DNA of 64,000 bases from Mycobacterium sp. GTDB lineage: Bacteria; Actinomycetota; Actinomycetes; Mycobacteriales; Mycobacteriaceae. This document shows positions 19,893 through 29,907 of this stretch, piece after piece. Position numbers and translations under genes: made by a program. The notes beneath the pieces are model-generated. The model ran no database searches and was not told the DNA's origin. It saw only the letters and a list, made by a program, of their open reading frames with translations. The DNA lies in assembly GCA_046330895.1 (NCBI GenBank), contig JAXLRY010000016.1, positions 32,273-96,272 on the forward strand, read 5' to 3'. Numbering within the stretch: the stretch's first letter is position 1; the number at the start of each line of letters is the position of its first letter.

Positions 19893-22262
19893 TCAGGGAG
19901 TGGCGACGGTCGGGATGTCGAGCTTGATGTTCGAGATGTTCACCAATCCGTACGAGGTGAAGTTCCAAAACGCCGTTGCCGAGCTGGTGATCTGCAACGT
20001 CAGGTTGTCCCCGGCGTCGTAGGAGGTGTAGGCGATCGCTTCCATCGGGATCTCGATCGTGTGCTGGCGGCCATCCAGGGTGATCGGTACCGGGGTGTTG
20101 ATGTTGCCGACCACCCGTCCCGTCGCGTCGTCCACCAACTGGGCGAAGACGAAGCGGCTGGTACCCAGACCCTTGTACGTGAAGCTCAGCGTCGGCGCGC
20201 CGGCGATAGACGTTCCCTGCTCGAGGTCGACAGCGACATCGAGCGCGTTGCGCGCCTCGGAGGCCAACCCCAGCGAGTACGGCAGGCTGGTCGCGTTCTG
20301 CGGTCCGGAGCCGCCGATCACCGGGACGATGAACAGATTCCCGCCCGCGCCCTGGTATTCCTCCGGATCGGCATTGTTGAAGCCCGGGTCATAGGGCGCC
20401 AGATCGGAGGAGTGATAGATGCCATCCTGATCGATCCACTGGAAATTCGGGATCGTGTCGGCCGGATCGTCGGGATCGCCCGCGACGTACTGATCGAGCC
20501 ACTTCATGTTGGCCGACAGGATCATCTCGTCCTGGTCCGCATAGGCCGGGTCGAGGCACGGGCCGTGGCCACCGCAGAACCAGGTCGTCTTAACCGGAAC
20601 ATCCGGATAGGCGGCCGCGATCTGCTCCGCGTTGTTCATCGCCTGCTGCAGCGGGAACAGGACGTCGGCGCTGCCCTGGACGAACAGCGTCGGGATGTCG
20701 ATGTTGTCGACCAGCATGGTCGGGCCACTGGCCGCGATGACGGCCTGTGAGACTTCGGAGATCCAGCCCAGCGTGTCGCCGGTCAGCACCGCCTTGTAGA
20801 TCTGCTGGTTGATCCGCGCGCCCGTGGTCACGAGGCCGAGCAGCAGGAGCGAACCGTAGGCGGTCTTGAACGCGTCGTTCGGGTAGAGCGAATCGTTGAG
20901 CGAATTCCAGGCGATCGTCGGCACGATGGCGTCGATCCGCTTGTCCGGCGTGCCCGCGGTGACCAGCTGCACGCCGCCGCCGTAGGACGCACCGACCATG
21001 CCGAGCAGCGGATCGTCCTCGGCTTCCATGGTGATCTGGCCCTTGGCCGGGTTCGCGGAACTGATGGCCCAGGAGATGATCGCCGACGCATCGCGGCCCT
21101 CCCAGAACGGGGAGTCCAACTGCAGGATCCCGCCCGACGCGAATTCACCGCGCGGGTCCCAGGTGATCACGTTGTAGCCGCCGCCGCCCGAGTAGCCATC
21201 CGGCACGGCGTCATTTCGCAGCACGGCGAGCCCCGGCGAGCGGCCCGAGCCGTCGCCGATGACACCGTCGGGATTCGTGTATCCCGCAGCACCCAATCCC
21301 GGACCGCTCAGCACCAGCGGAGCCGTGTCGACATCGCCGGTCGACACGTTGGTCGCCGGGAAGTAGTTGACGCTGATCAGGGTTCCGTCGAACGACGGCA
21401 TCATGTACGTGAACGCCACCGGCCGATCGGCGGCCAGCGTGTAGGCGTTTTCGCTGAACTGCACGACCTCCGATGCGCCGATGATCGGCGCGAGCAGGTT
21501 GCCGAGGATCGGGATCTGGTGCAGCGTCGTCAGCAGGCTCGGGACGAACAGGCCGAGGATCGGAATGTTCGACAGGAATTGGTCGAATCCTGTGGTCTCC
21601 GCGACCAGGATGCTGAACTGTTCGTTCACCGACGGGCTGGTCACCGCTGACATGTCGGCCAGGTAGGAGAACTGCCCCTCCGGATCGTCGGTGGCAAAGG
21701 TGATCTTGCCGCCCAGGCTCGGTGCGTCGACCAATGTGTAGGTGAGGGGAAGGTCGCGGGTCGAGGTCGCTCCGACGGTTCCACGCAGAATTCCGTCGAC
21801 CCACTCGACGTTCGGATCGGTCACGATGGTGCTGCCCACCGCAGCGGCCGTCGAGGACGCCACCGACGCGGCTTGCTGTGCGGCCCTGGAGTTTTCCGTG
21901 CGGCTGAGGCCAAGCGCGGCCACCTCGGCTGCCGAATCGGCGGGAACTGCCGGGCTGCCACCGGACGACGAATCACCGGGTTCGGTAGGCAGGTCGGGGA
22001 CCGCGGTCACCTCACCGGCGGGCGGCGCTACCTCGGCTGCCGGCTGGGAACGCACGACCCGACGGGGCGTCGATTTCGACGCTGCCTTCGCGCCCGCTGA
22101 GGATTTGCCGCTGTGCGCCGCGCCGGCCGAGGAGTCACCGGACGGAGCATCCGCCCACGCTGAGCCCGCACCGACGAAGACGGCGGTACCGACTCCCAGT
22201 GCTACCGCCAGGCCACCGACCCGACCGACATACTTCGACGCAGCGATGCTCCCAGTAGCCAT
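19893..22262 (-). CDS. Secreted CocE/NonD hydrolase, paralog 2
   Basis: Same architecture as paralog 1; GASYGG, DVLFPL, WFCGGHG; longer Ala/Pro/Ser linker. Confidence 0.85.
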   Translation of the reverse strand: MATGSIAASKYVGRVGGLAVALGVGTAVFVGAGSAWADAPSGDSSAGAAHSGKSSAGAKAASKSTPRRVVRSQPAAEVAPPAGEVTAVPDLPTEPGDSSSGGSPAVPADSAAEVAALGLSRTENSRAAQQAASVASSTAAAVGSTIVTDPNVEWVDGILRGTVGATSTRDLPLTYTLVDAPSLGGKITFATDDPEGQFSYLADMSAVTSPSVNEQFSILVAETTGFDQFLSNIPILGLFVPSLLTTLHQIPILGNLLAPIIGASEVVQFSENAYTLAADRPVAFTYMMPSFDGTLISVNYFPATNVSTGDVDTAPLVLSGPGLGAAGYTNPDGVIGDGSGRSPGLAVLRNDAVPDGYSGGGGYNVITWDPRGEFASGGILQLDSPFWEGRDASAIISWAISSANPAKGQITMEAEDDPLLGMVGASYGGGVQLVTAGTPDKRIDAIVPTIAWNSLNDSLYPNDAFKTAYGSLLLLGLVTTGARINQQIYKAVLTGDTLGWISEVSQAVIAASGPTMLVDNIDIPTLFVQGSADVLFPLQQAMNNAEQIAAAYPDVPVKTTWFCGGHGPCLDPAYADQDEMILSANMKWLDQYVAGDPDDPADTIPNFQWIDQDGIYHSSDLAPYDPGFNNADPEEYQGAGGNLFIVPVIGGSGPQNATSLPYSLGLASEARNALDVAVDLEQGTSIAGAPTLSFTYKGLGTSRFVFAQLVDDATGRVVGNINTPVPITLDGRQHTIEIPMEAIAYTSYDAGDNLTLQITSSATAFWNFTSYGLVNISNIKLDIPTVATP

Positions 22263-22375
22263 TCCCCAGCCCCCTCATAGACAGCGCACTGCCTTGGAGA
22301 CTAACTCCGGCCATGTGGGACCGTTGGCGGAAAATGAAAATCGGTCTAATGATTCGCGGCCTGCGGCGAAAACCG

Positions 22376-23548
22376 TTACAGCCGTTCGATGATGGTGACG
22401 TTGGCGGTGCCGCCGCCCTCACACATGGTCTGCAGTCCGTAGCGGCCGCCGGTTCGTTCCAATTCGTTGAGCATGGTGGCGAACAGCTTGGCGCCCGTGG
22501 CGCCGAGCGGGTGGCCGAGTGCGATCGCGCCGCCGTTGGGGTTGACCTTCGCCGGGTCGGCCTTGAGTTCCTTGAGCCAGGCGATGACGACGGGCGCGAA
22601 TGCTTCGTTGATCTCGACGACGTCGATGTCATCGATCGACAGTCCGGCCCTGTCCAAGGCGTAGCGCGTCGCCGGGATCGGGCCCGTCAGCATGAACACG
22701 GGGTCGGCGCCGCGGGCGCTGATGTGGTGGATGCGGGCGCGGGGCGTCAGCTTGTGGTCCTTGACCGCCTGCTCGGACGCCAGCAGCACCGCACTGGCGC
22801 CGTCCGAGATCTGGCTCGCCATCGCGGCGGTCAGGCGGCCTCCCTCACGAAGGGGAGCCAGCGCGGCCAGTTTCTCCAGGCTCGACTCACGGGGGCCTTC
22901 GTCGATGCGGAAGTCACCGACCGCGACGATCTCGTTGTCGAAATGCCCGCCGCGGATCGCGGCGAACGCCTTTTCGTGGCTGCCGAGCGCGAACTCCTCC
23001 ATGTCGCGCCGCGAGATCTCCCACTTCTCGGCGATCATCTCCGCGCCGCGGAATTGTGAAATCTCCTGGTCACCGTATCGGCGCTGCCAGTTCTGCGACT
23101 CGTTGGTGGGCGAGGTGAAGCCGAACTGCTCGGCCACCAGCATCGCCGACGAGATCGGGATTCGACTCATGTTCTGCATGCCACCCGCGACGATCAGTTC
23201 GGCCGTCCCGGCCATGATGGCCTGTGCGCCGAAGGAGATCGCCTGCTGGCTCGAACCACACTGCCGGTCGACGGTGACACCCGGCACTTCCTCGGGGTAG
23301 CCGGCCGCCAGCCACGTGTTGCGGCCGATATTTCCGGCCTGGGGTCCGATTGTGTCGAGGCATCCGACGATGACGTCGTCCACCGCGGCGGGGTCGACGT
23401 CGTTGCGGTCGAACAGACCACGAAACGCCGCGACACCAAGATCGATGGGATGCAAGGGGGCCAGAGATCCGTTGCGCTTGCCCACGGGTGTGCGCACGGC
23501 GTCGATGACGTATGCCTGATTTGCGCGGGCCTGATTTGAGGGGGCCAT
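22376..23548 (-). CDS. fadA6: Thiolase FadA6 (Rv3556c)
   Basis: QCGSSQQ, NEAF, GHPLG, MCEGGG. Confidence 0.92.
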   Translation of the reverse strand: MAPSNQARANQAYVIDAVRTPVGKRNGSLAPLHPIDLGVAAFRGLFDRNDVDPAAVDDVIVGCLDTIGPQAGNIGRNTWLAAGYPEEVPGVTVDRQCGSSQQAISFGAQAIMAGTAELIVAGGMQNMSRIPISSAMLVAEQFGFTSPTNESQNWQRRYGDQEISQFRGAEMIAEKWEISRRDMEEFALGSHEKAFAAIRGGHFDNEIVAVGDFRIDEGPRESSLEKLAALAPLREGGRLTAAMASQISDGASAVLLASEQAVKDHKLTPRARIHHISARGADPVFMLTGPIPATRYALDRAGLSIDDIDVVEINEAFAPVVIAWLKELKADPAKVNPNGGAIALGHPLGATGAKLFATMLNELERTGGRYGLQTMCEGGGTANVTIIERL

Positions 23549-23551
23549 GTT

Positions 23552-24151
23552 TCAGTCTCCTTCAGTTCTGGCGGAGATTCCGCCGAGCACGATGGAAAGG
23601 TATTGGCGGCCAACCTGTTCGGCCGTCAGGGGTCCGCCGGGTTGATACCAGCGCACCGAAACCCAGGTGGTGTCACGAATGAACCGGTACACCAGATCGA
23701 CGTCGATATCGGGACGGAAATAGCCCTGCTCGATGCCCTCGTTGAGGACGTCGACCCACATCTTTCGCTGTTCGATGTTGCGCTCCGCTAGGTAGGAGAA
23801 CCGCGGCTGGGAGGACAGTCGTTTGGCCTCGTCCTGATAGATGACCACCTGCGCGTGACGGTGTTCGATGGCGTCGAACGAGGCCATGAACAATCCCTGC
23901 AGCCGCTCCATCGGATTGGGTTCGGTGTCGATGACCTCGCGGTAGCGCTCGAACAGCCAGCCGAGAAACCCCCGCAACACCTCGTCGACCATCTCCTCCT
24001 TGGACGCGAAGTGGTGATAGAGACTGCCGGAGAGGATGCCCGCGGCGTCGGCGATGTCACGGACGGTGGTCGCACGCAGGCCCCGGTCGGCGAACATCGC
24101 GGCGGCGAGCTCTAGAAGCTCGTCGCGACGGCTCACCGCGCCAGACGTCAT
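23552..24151 (-). CDS. kstR2: TetR-family repressor KstR2
   Basis: RRDELLELAAAMFADRGLRATTVRDIADAAGILSGSLYHHF. Confidence 0.95.
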   Translation of the reverse strand: MTSGAVSRRDELLELAAAMFADRGLRATTVRDIADAAGILSGSLYHHFASKEEMVDEVLRGFLGWLFERYREVIDTEPNPMERLQGLFMASFDAIEHRHAQVVIYQDEAKRLSSQPRFSYLAERNIEQRKMWVDVLNEGIEQGYFRPDIDVDLVYRFIRDTTWVSVRWYQPGGPLTAEQVGRQYLSIVLGGISARTEGD

Positions 24152-24164
24152 CGATACACCGTCG

Positions 24165-24956
24165 TCATGGATGCTGGCTCGATACCGAGATCACTTCGCC
24201 CGTCAGGTAACTGGAGTAATCGCTGGCGAGGAAGGCGACCGTCGACGCGACCTCCCACGGTTCCGCGGCACGGCCGAAGGCTTCGCCTTCCGACAACCGG
24301 TCCAGGAGATCGGCGGAGCTGACCTTCTCGAGAAACTTGTGCCGCGCGATGCTCGGCGACACGGCATTGATCCGGACCCCGAATTCGACGGCTTCGATTG
24401 CGCTGCAACGAGTCAGAGCCATCACACCGGCCTTCGCGGCGGCATAGTGGGATTGCGAATGTTGCGCCCGCCAACCAAGGACGCTGGCGTTGTTGACAAT
24501 TGCGCCGCCATGACCGGCATCCCGGAAATAGGCTAGCGCGGCACGGGTGGCTCGCATCACCGATGTCAGCGTGACGTTGAGAACGCGGTCCCATTCGTCG
24601 TCGGTCATATCGACGACGGGGGCCTGGCCGCCCAGGCCGGCGTTGTTCACCAGGACGTCCAGCCTGCCCATCCGCGCGGTGGTCGAGGCGATCAGCGCGT
24701 CGACCTGCGCGGTGGAGGTGACGTCGCACACCACACTCTCGACGCGGCCCAGTCCCAATTCCATCAGCTGATCGCGTGTTTCACCCAACCGGCGTTCGTG
24801 ATGGTCGGAGACAACCACGTCCGCACCTTCGAGTAGCGCCCGCCGGGCCGTCGCCGACCCGATTCCGGTCCCGGCCGCGGCGGTCACGACGACGACCTTC
24901 CCCGCGAGCAGTCCGTGTCCTCCGATCTCCGGGGGCGCGATGTGCAACGGCGTCAC
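24165..24956 (-). CDS. ipdF: Short-chain dehydrogenase IpdF (Rv3559c)
   Basis: Start GTG 24956 overlapping the fadE30 stop; VTAAAGTGIG, NNAGLGG, YAAAK. Confidence 0.9.
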   Translation of the reverse strand: MTPLHIAPPEIGGHGLLAGKVVVVTAAAGTGIGSATARRALLEGADVVVSDHHERRLGETRDQLMELGLGRVESVVCDVTSTAQVDALIASTTARMGRLDVLVNNAGLGGQAPVVDMTDDEWDRVLNVTLTSVMRATRAALAYFRDAGHGGAIVNNASVLGWRAQHSQSHYAAAKAGVMALTRCSAIEAVEFGVRINAVSPSIARHKFLEKVSSADLLDRLSEGEAFGRAAEPWEVASTVAFLASDYSSYLTGEVISVSSQHP

Positions 24957-26103
24957 TGGCCCTTCACCTCTCGGGGTAGGCCGAGCACCCGCTCGGCGAT
25001 GATGTTGCGCTGAATCTCGTTCGAGCCGCCGTAGATGGTGTCGGAACGCGAGAACAGGAACAGCCGCTGCCATTCGTCGAACTCGCCGTCCGTCTTGTAC
25101 AGACCGGCTCTGCCCCTGATGTCCATCGCCAGCTCGCCGAGACTGCGATGCCAGTTGGCCCACAGCAGTTTCGAGACGCTGTCCTGGCCGGGTTGTTCGG
25201 AGTCCATCGTCGCCAGCGCGTAGGACCGCATGGTCCGCAGACCCGCCCACGCGCGGATCAGGCGCTCACGAATGATCGGATCGTCAACGGCGCCGGTCGT
25301 TTTCGCCAACGCCACGATCCCGGAAAGTTCCCGGGCGTACCGGATCTGCTGCCCAAGCGTCGACACCCCGCGCTCGAAGGTCAACGTTCCCATCGCCACT
25401 CGCCAGCCGTCGCCGGGGCGCCCACGACGAGGGAGGCATCGGTTCGGGCATCGGTGAAGAAGACCTCGTTGAATTCCGAGTCGCCGGTCAACTGGACGAT
25501 CGGACGGATCTCGACGCCCGGCTGGTCGAGCGGCACCAGCAGATACGACAGTCCGGCGTGGCGCGTCGAGCCCTTCTCCGTGCGGGCGACCACGAAGCAC
25601 CACTGCGCCCAGTGCGCCAGTGATGTCCAGACCTTCTGTCCGTTGATCACCCACTCGTCGCCGTCCCGGACCGCCGACGTCGACACGTTGGCGAGATCGC
25701 TGCCCGCGCCCGGCTCCGAGTAGCCCTGACACCACAGCTCGGTGACATCGACGATGTGCGGCAAGAAGCGCTGCTGCTGTGCGGGAGTGCCGTAGGCGAT
25801 GAGCGTGGGCCCGAGCAATTCCTCACCGAAGTGATTGACCTTGTCGGGGGCGTCGGCCCGGGCGTACTCCTCGTAGAAGGCGACGCGGTGCGCCACCGAA
25901 AGCCCCCGTCCCCCGTGCTCGACGGGCCAGCCCAGACAGGTCAGCCCGGCCGCGGACAGGCGGCGATTCCAGTCTCTGCGTTCCTCGAAGGCTTCGTGCT
26001 CACGTCCGGGGCCTCCGAGACCCTTGAGTGCGGCGAAGTCGCCGACCAGGTTCCCGGCCAGCCAGTCACGGACCTCCGCCCGGAACTCCTCGACCGTGAT
26101 CAC
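24953..26103 (-). pseudogene. fadE30: Acyl-CoA dehydrogenase FadE30 (IpdE1) with a -1 frameshift (real or sequencing error)
   Basis: N-half in ORF 25381-26103, C-half in ORF 24953-25735; adding one base to the G4 run at 25415-25418 restores VVGAPGDGWRVAMGTLTFERG and a 383-aa protein. Confidence 0.85.
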
Positions 26104-26119
26104 CCCTGTAGGCTAACCT

Positions 26120-26133
26120 ACCAAGCACTTGCT
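26120..26133. promoter_or_regulatory. KstR2 operator
   Basis: ACCAAGCACTTGCT between divergent fadE30 and fadD3. Confidence 0.9.
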
Positions 26134-26195
26134 TGCTTACGCGGTCTTGCCGACCGCGCGGAGAACATGGGCCGGAAATCCCAGAGGAGTATCCG

Positions 26196-27794
26196 ATGAC
26201 AACACCCGGGACCACCCCCGAAGTGCTGGACCGGATGGCCCGCGAACTCGGCGCCCACGACGCCCTGATCACCGACGACCATCGATTCAGCTATGCCGGG
26301 TTGCGCAACGAGGTGCGGCAGGCCGCCGGCGCCATGATCTCGCTGGGAATCGAACCCGGAGACCGCGTGGCGCTCTGGTGCCCCAACACCTGGCATTGGG
26401 TGGTCGCCTGTCTGGCCACCCACTACGCGGGCGGCGTGGTGGTTCCCCTGAACACCCGCTACACGGCGCCCGAAGCGGCCGACATCCTCGTCCGAAGCCG
26501 AGCCCGCCTACTGGTGGGAATGGGCGAGTTCCTCGGTTTCGACCGCGTGGCCGACCTCGATCGTGCCGCTCTGCCGGAGCTGCGCACCGTGGTGCGGGTG
26601 CCCGTAGATGGCGGCTTGAACGTCGGCACCGACGAAATCACCTGGGACGTCTTCATTGCCGGCGGCCGGATCAGCGACTCCGCCATCGATGCCCGAGCCG
26701 CCGCGGTCGGCCCCGACGACGTGTCCGACATCCTGTTCACGTCGGGCACCACCGGGCGCAGCAAGGGGGTGCTGTGTTCACACCGGCAGTCCTTGTCCGC
26801 GTCTAAAGCCTGGGCCGCCTGCGGCGAGATCACCAGCACGGACCGCTACCTGTGCATCAATCCGTTCTTCCACAATTTCGGCTACAAGGCGGGCATCCTC
26901 GCCTGTCTGCAGACCGGCGCGACACTGATCCCCCAGCTGACCTTCGATCCGCTCCAGACGATGGCAATGGTTGCGCGGCAACGCATCACGGTCCTGCCGG
27001 GCCCCCCGACCATCTTTCAGACTCTGCTCGACCACCCCGCCCGATCTGAGCACGATCTCAGCTCCCTGCGTTTCGCCGTCACCGGAGCCGCCACGGTCCC
27101 GGTAGTTCTGATCGAGCGGATGCAGAACGAGCTCGACTTCGACATCGTGCTGACCGCGTACGGACTCACGGAGGCAACGGGTTTCGGCACCATGTGCCGG
27201 ACCGACGACGACGCGGTCACAGTGGCCAGCACCTGCGGCCGACCGATCGCCGACTTCGAACTTCGCATCGACCGGACCCTGTCGGAAGAGGCCCGCTCAA
27301 ACGGGGCCGGCTCAAACGGGACGGGCTCAAACGGGACGGGCGAGGTGCTGCTACGCGGCCCCAACGTCATGCTGGGATATCTGGACGATCCGGAGGCCAC
27401 GGCCGCCGCGATCGACGCCGACGGCTGGCTGCACACCGGCGACGTGGGATCCGTTGACGCCGCGGGGAACCTCCGCATCACCGACCGCCTCAAGGACATG
27501 TACATCTGCGGCGGCTTCAACGTCTACCCAGCCGAGGTCGAGCAGGTGCTGGCCCGCATAGACGGGGTGACCGAAGTCGCCGTCATCGGGATACCTGACA
27601 ACCGTCTCGGCGAGGTCGGCAAGGCGTTCGTCGTCACCCGTCCGGACATCTCGCTCGATGAGTCCGCCGTCGTCGAGCATGCCCGTGACCATCTGGCTAA
27701 TTTCAAGGTGCCGCGCTCGGTCTCCTTTCTGACCGCGCTCCCCCGCAACGCCGGCGGCAAAGTAGTCAAACCCCTGCTGCGAGAGATGATCTGA
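26196..27794 (+). CDS. fadD3: HIP-CoA ligase FadD3
   Basis: FTSGTTGRSKG, AYGLTE, WLHTGDVG, DRLKD; ATG 26196 with GAGGAG upstream. Confidence 0.92.
   Translation: MTTPGTTPEVLDRMARELGAHDALITDDHRFSYAGLRNEVRQAAGAMISLGIEPGDRVALWCPNTWHWVVACLATHYAGGVVVPLNTRYTAPEAADILVRSRARLLVGMGEFLGFDRVADLDRAALPELRTVVRVPVDGGLNVGTDEITWDVFIAGGRISDSAIDARAAAVGPDDVSDILFTSGTTGRSKGVLCSHRQSLSASKAWAACGEITSTDRYLCINPFFHNFGYKAGILACLQTGATLIPQLTFDPLQTMAMVARQRITVLPGPPTIFQTLLDHPARSEHDLSSLRFAVTGAATVPVVLIERMQNELDFDIVLTAYGLTEATGFGTMCRTDDDAVTVASTCGRPIADFELRIDRTLSEEARSNGAGSNGTGSNGTGEVLLRGPNVMLGYLDDPEATAAAIDADGWLHTGDVGSVDAAGNLRITDRLKDMYICGGFNVYPAEVEQVLARIDGVTEVAVIGIPDNRLGEVGKAFVVTRPDISLDESAVVEHARDHLANFKVPRSVSFLTALPRNAGGKVVKPLLREMI
27295..27339 (+). 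repeat. 15-bp in-frame tandem repeat x3 in fadD3
   Basis: GCTCAAACGGG(GC/AC)CGG-type units encoding SNGAG-SNGTG-SNGTG. Confidence 0.9.
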
Positions 27795-28942
27795 TGGACC
27801 TCACCTACGACGAGGAAACCTGCACCTTCAGAGACGAAGTACGCCGGTTCCTCGCCGACAACCGGGAGTCGTTTCCCACCAAGTCCTATGACACCGCAGA
27901 GGGGTTCGCTCAACACCGCCGGTGGGATCGCACCCTCTTCGACGCCGGATTGTCGGTAATCACCTGGCCCGAGAAGTACGGCGGCCGCGATGCGACCCTG
28001 CTGCAGTGGATTGTGTTCGAAGAGGAGTACTTTCGCGCCGGTGCACCGGGTCGAGCGAGCGCAAACGGTATCTCCATGCTGGCGCCCACGCTGTTCGCGC
28101 ACGGCACCGAGGAACAGCGCGACCGCGTGCTGCCCAAGATGGCCAGCGGCGAACAGATCTGGGCGCAAGCCTGGTCGGAGCCGGAAGCCGGCAGCGATCT
28201 GGCGTCGCTCCGGTCGACGGCCACCCGAACCGACGGCGGTTGGCTGCTCAACGGCCAGAAGATCTGGAGTTCGCGAGCACCGTTCGGCGACAGGGCCTTC
28301 GGCCTATTCCGATCCGATCCGGATGCCAAGCGCCACCGCGGTCTGACGTACTTCATGTTCGACCTCGACGGCGACGGCGTCACCGTGCGTCCCATCCGTC
28401 AACTCGGCGGCGACACCGGATTCGGTGAGATATTCCTCGACGAAGAGTTCGTTCCCGATCACGATGTGATCGGCAACCCGCACGACGGCTGGCGAGCGGC
28501 GATGAGCACGTCGAGCAACGAGCGAGGAATGTCGCTGCGGAGCCCCGCACGCTTCCTCGCACCGGCGGAGCGGCTGGTCAGGGCCTGGAACGAAGGCCGG
28601 GCCAATCCGGTGTTCGCCGAACGGGTGGCCGATGCGTGGATCAAGGCGCAGGCCTACCGGCTGCACACGTTCGGCACCGTCACCAGGCTGGCCGCGGGCG
28701 GCCAATTGGGGGCCGAATCCTCGGTGACCAAAGCCTTCTGGTCCGAACTCGACGTCGCGATCCACCAGACGGCGCTCGATCTGCGCGGCGCCGACGGCGA
28801 ACTCACCAGCCGCTGGACCGACGGGCTGCTGTTCGCCCTCGGCGGCCCAATCTACGCCGGCACCAACGAAATTCAGAAGAACATCATCGCCGAGCGGTTA
28901 CTCGGGCTGCCGAGACAAACTGCGGGGGTACCCACCAAATGA
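27794..28942 (+). CDS. fadE31: Acyl-CoA dehydrogenase FadE31
   Basis: WSEPEAGSDLASL, IYAGTNEIQKNII. Confidence 0.9.
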   Translation: MDLTYDEETCTFRDEVRRFLADNRESFPTKSYDTAEGFAQHRRWDRTLFDAGLSVITWPEKYGGRDATLLQWIVFEEEYFRAGAPGRASANGISMLAPTLFAHGTEEQRDRVLPKMASGEQIWAQAWSEPEAGSDLASLRSTATRTDGGWLLNGQKIWSSRAPFGDRAFGLFRSDPDAKRHRGLTYFMFDLDGDGVTVRPIRQLGGDTGFGEIFLDEEFVPDHDVIGNPHDGWRAAMSTSSNERGMSLRSPARFLAPAERLVRAWNEGRANPVFAERVADAWIKAQAYRLHTFGTVTRLAAGGQLGAESSVTKAFWSELDVAIHQTALDLRGADGELTSRWTDGLLFALGGPIYAGTNEIQKNIIAERLLGLPRQTAGVPTK

Positions 28943-29907
28943 AGTTCGCGATCAACGATCAGCAGCGCGACTTCACCGCGAGTATCGACGCCGCACTGAG
29001 CGCCGCCGACGCGCCGGGCGCCACCCGAGCCTGGGCCGAGGGCGACGCCGCCCCTGGCCGCAGGGTGTGGGCGGCACTGGCCGACCTCGGTGTGACCGCC
29101 CTCGCGGTGCCCGAGGAGTTCGGCGGCCTCGGCGCCCACCCCGTGGATCTGGCCATCGCGCTCGAGCGGCTGGGGCGGTGGTGCGTCCCCGGCCCGGTCA
29201 CCGAATCCATCGCTGTGGCACCGATTCTGCTGGGGTTTCACCCGGATTCCGCGCAGCGGTGCGCGAGCCTGGCCTCGGGTGAGTTGATCGCGACGGTAGC
29301 CCTGCCCCCACTTGTGCCCCGAGCGGTCGACGCCGATTTCGCAGGGCTGATATTGCGGGGGCAGGGCTACGGCGTGAGCGACGCGGTTCCAGGTGAGCAG
29401 CACGAGTCCATCGACCCGAGCCGCCACCTGTTCGACGTCATCGCAACCGGCACGGCGCACCCGGCCGAGGTGGGCCGCTCCTACGAGTTCGGGGTGTTGG
29501 CCACAGCCGCACAGCTGATCGGCGGCGGCCAGAGACTTCTCGACATGTCGGTCGAATACGCCAAGCAGCGAAGGCAATTCGGCAGATTGATCGGCAGCTA
29601 TCAGGCGATCAAACACAAGCTGGCCGACGTGCATATAGCCCTCGAAATGGCAAGGCCGCTGCTGTACGGGGCTGCTCTGGCATTGGCGGACAACTCGCCC
29701 GACGTTCCCCGCGACGTCAGCGCGGCCAAAGTCGCCGCCTCCGATGCCGCTCTGCTCGCGGCACGTTCGGCACTGCAAACCCATGGCGCGATAGGGTTCA
29801 CGGCGGAACATGACCTCTCACTGTGGCTTCTGAGAGTGCAGGCCCTGCATTCGGCGTGGGGCGATCCACCAAGCCACCGGCACCGCGTTTTGAAGGCACT
29901 GTCATGA
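28939..29907 (+). CDS. fadE32: Acyl-CoA dehydrogenase FadE32
   Basis: Start ATG 28939 (MKFAINDQQRDF) overlapping the fadE31 stop; RRQFGRLIGSYQAIKH, THGAIGFT. Confidence 0.9.
   Translation: MKFAINDQQRDFTASIDAALSAADAPGATRAWAEGDAAPGRRVWAALADLGVTALAVPEEFGGLGAHPVDLAIALERLGRWCVPGPVTESIAVAPILLGFHPDSAQRCASLASGELIATVALPPLVPRAVDADFAGLILRGQGYGVSDAVPGEQHESIDPSRHLFDVIATGTAHPAEVGRSYEFGVLATAAQLIGGGQRLLDMSVEYAKQRRQFGRLIGSYQAIKHKLADVHIALEMARPLLYGAALALADNSPDVPRDVSAAKVAASDAALLAARSALQTHGAIGFTAEHDLSLWLLRVQALHSAWGDPPSHRHRVLKALS

Noticed and set aside
24165-25250. Apparent FadE30-IpdF fusion (361 aa)
   Set aside because: The extension is an out-of-frame reading of fadE30; ipdF starts at GTG 24956
25405-25425. Programmed ribosomal frameshifting to explain the fadE30, fadE33 or MFS breaks
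   Set aside because: No slippery heptamer or stimulatory structure was seen, and orthologs are known as single ORFs
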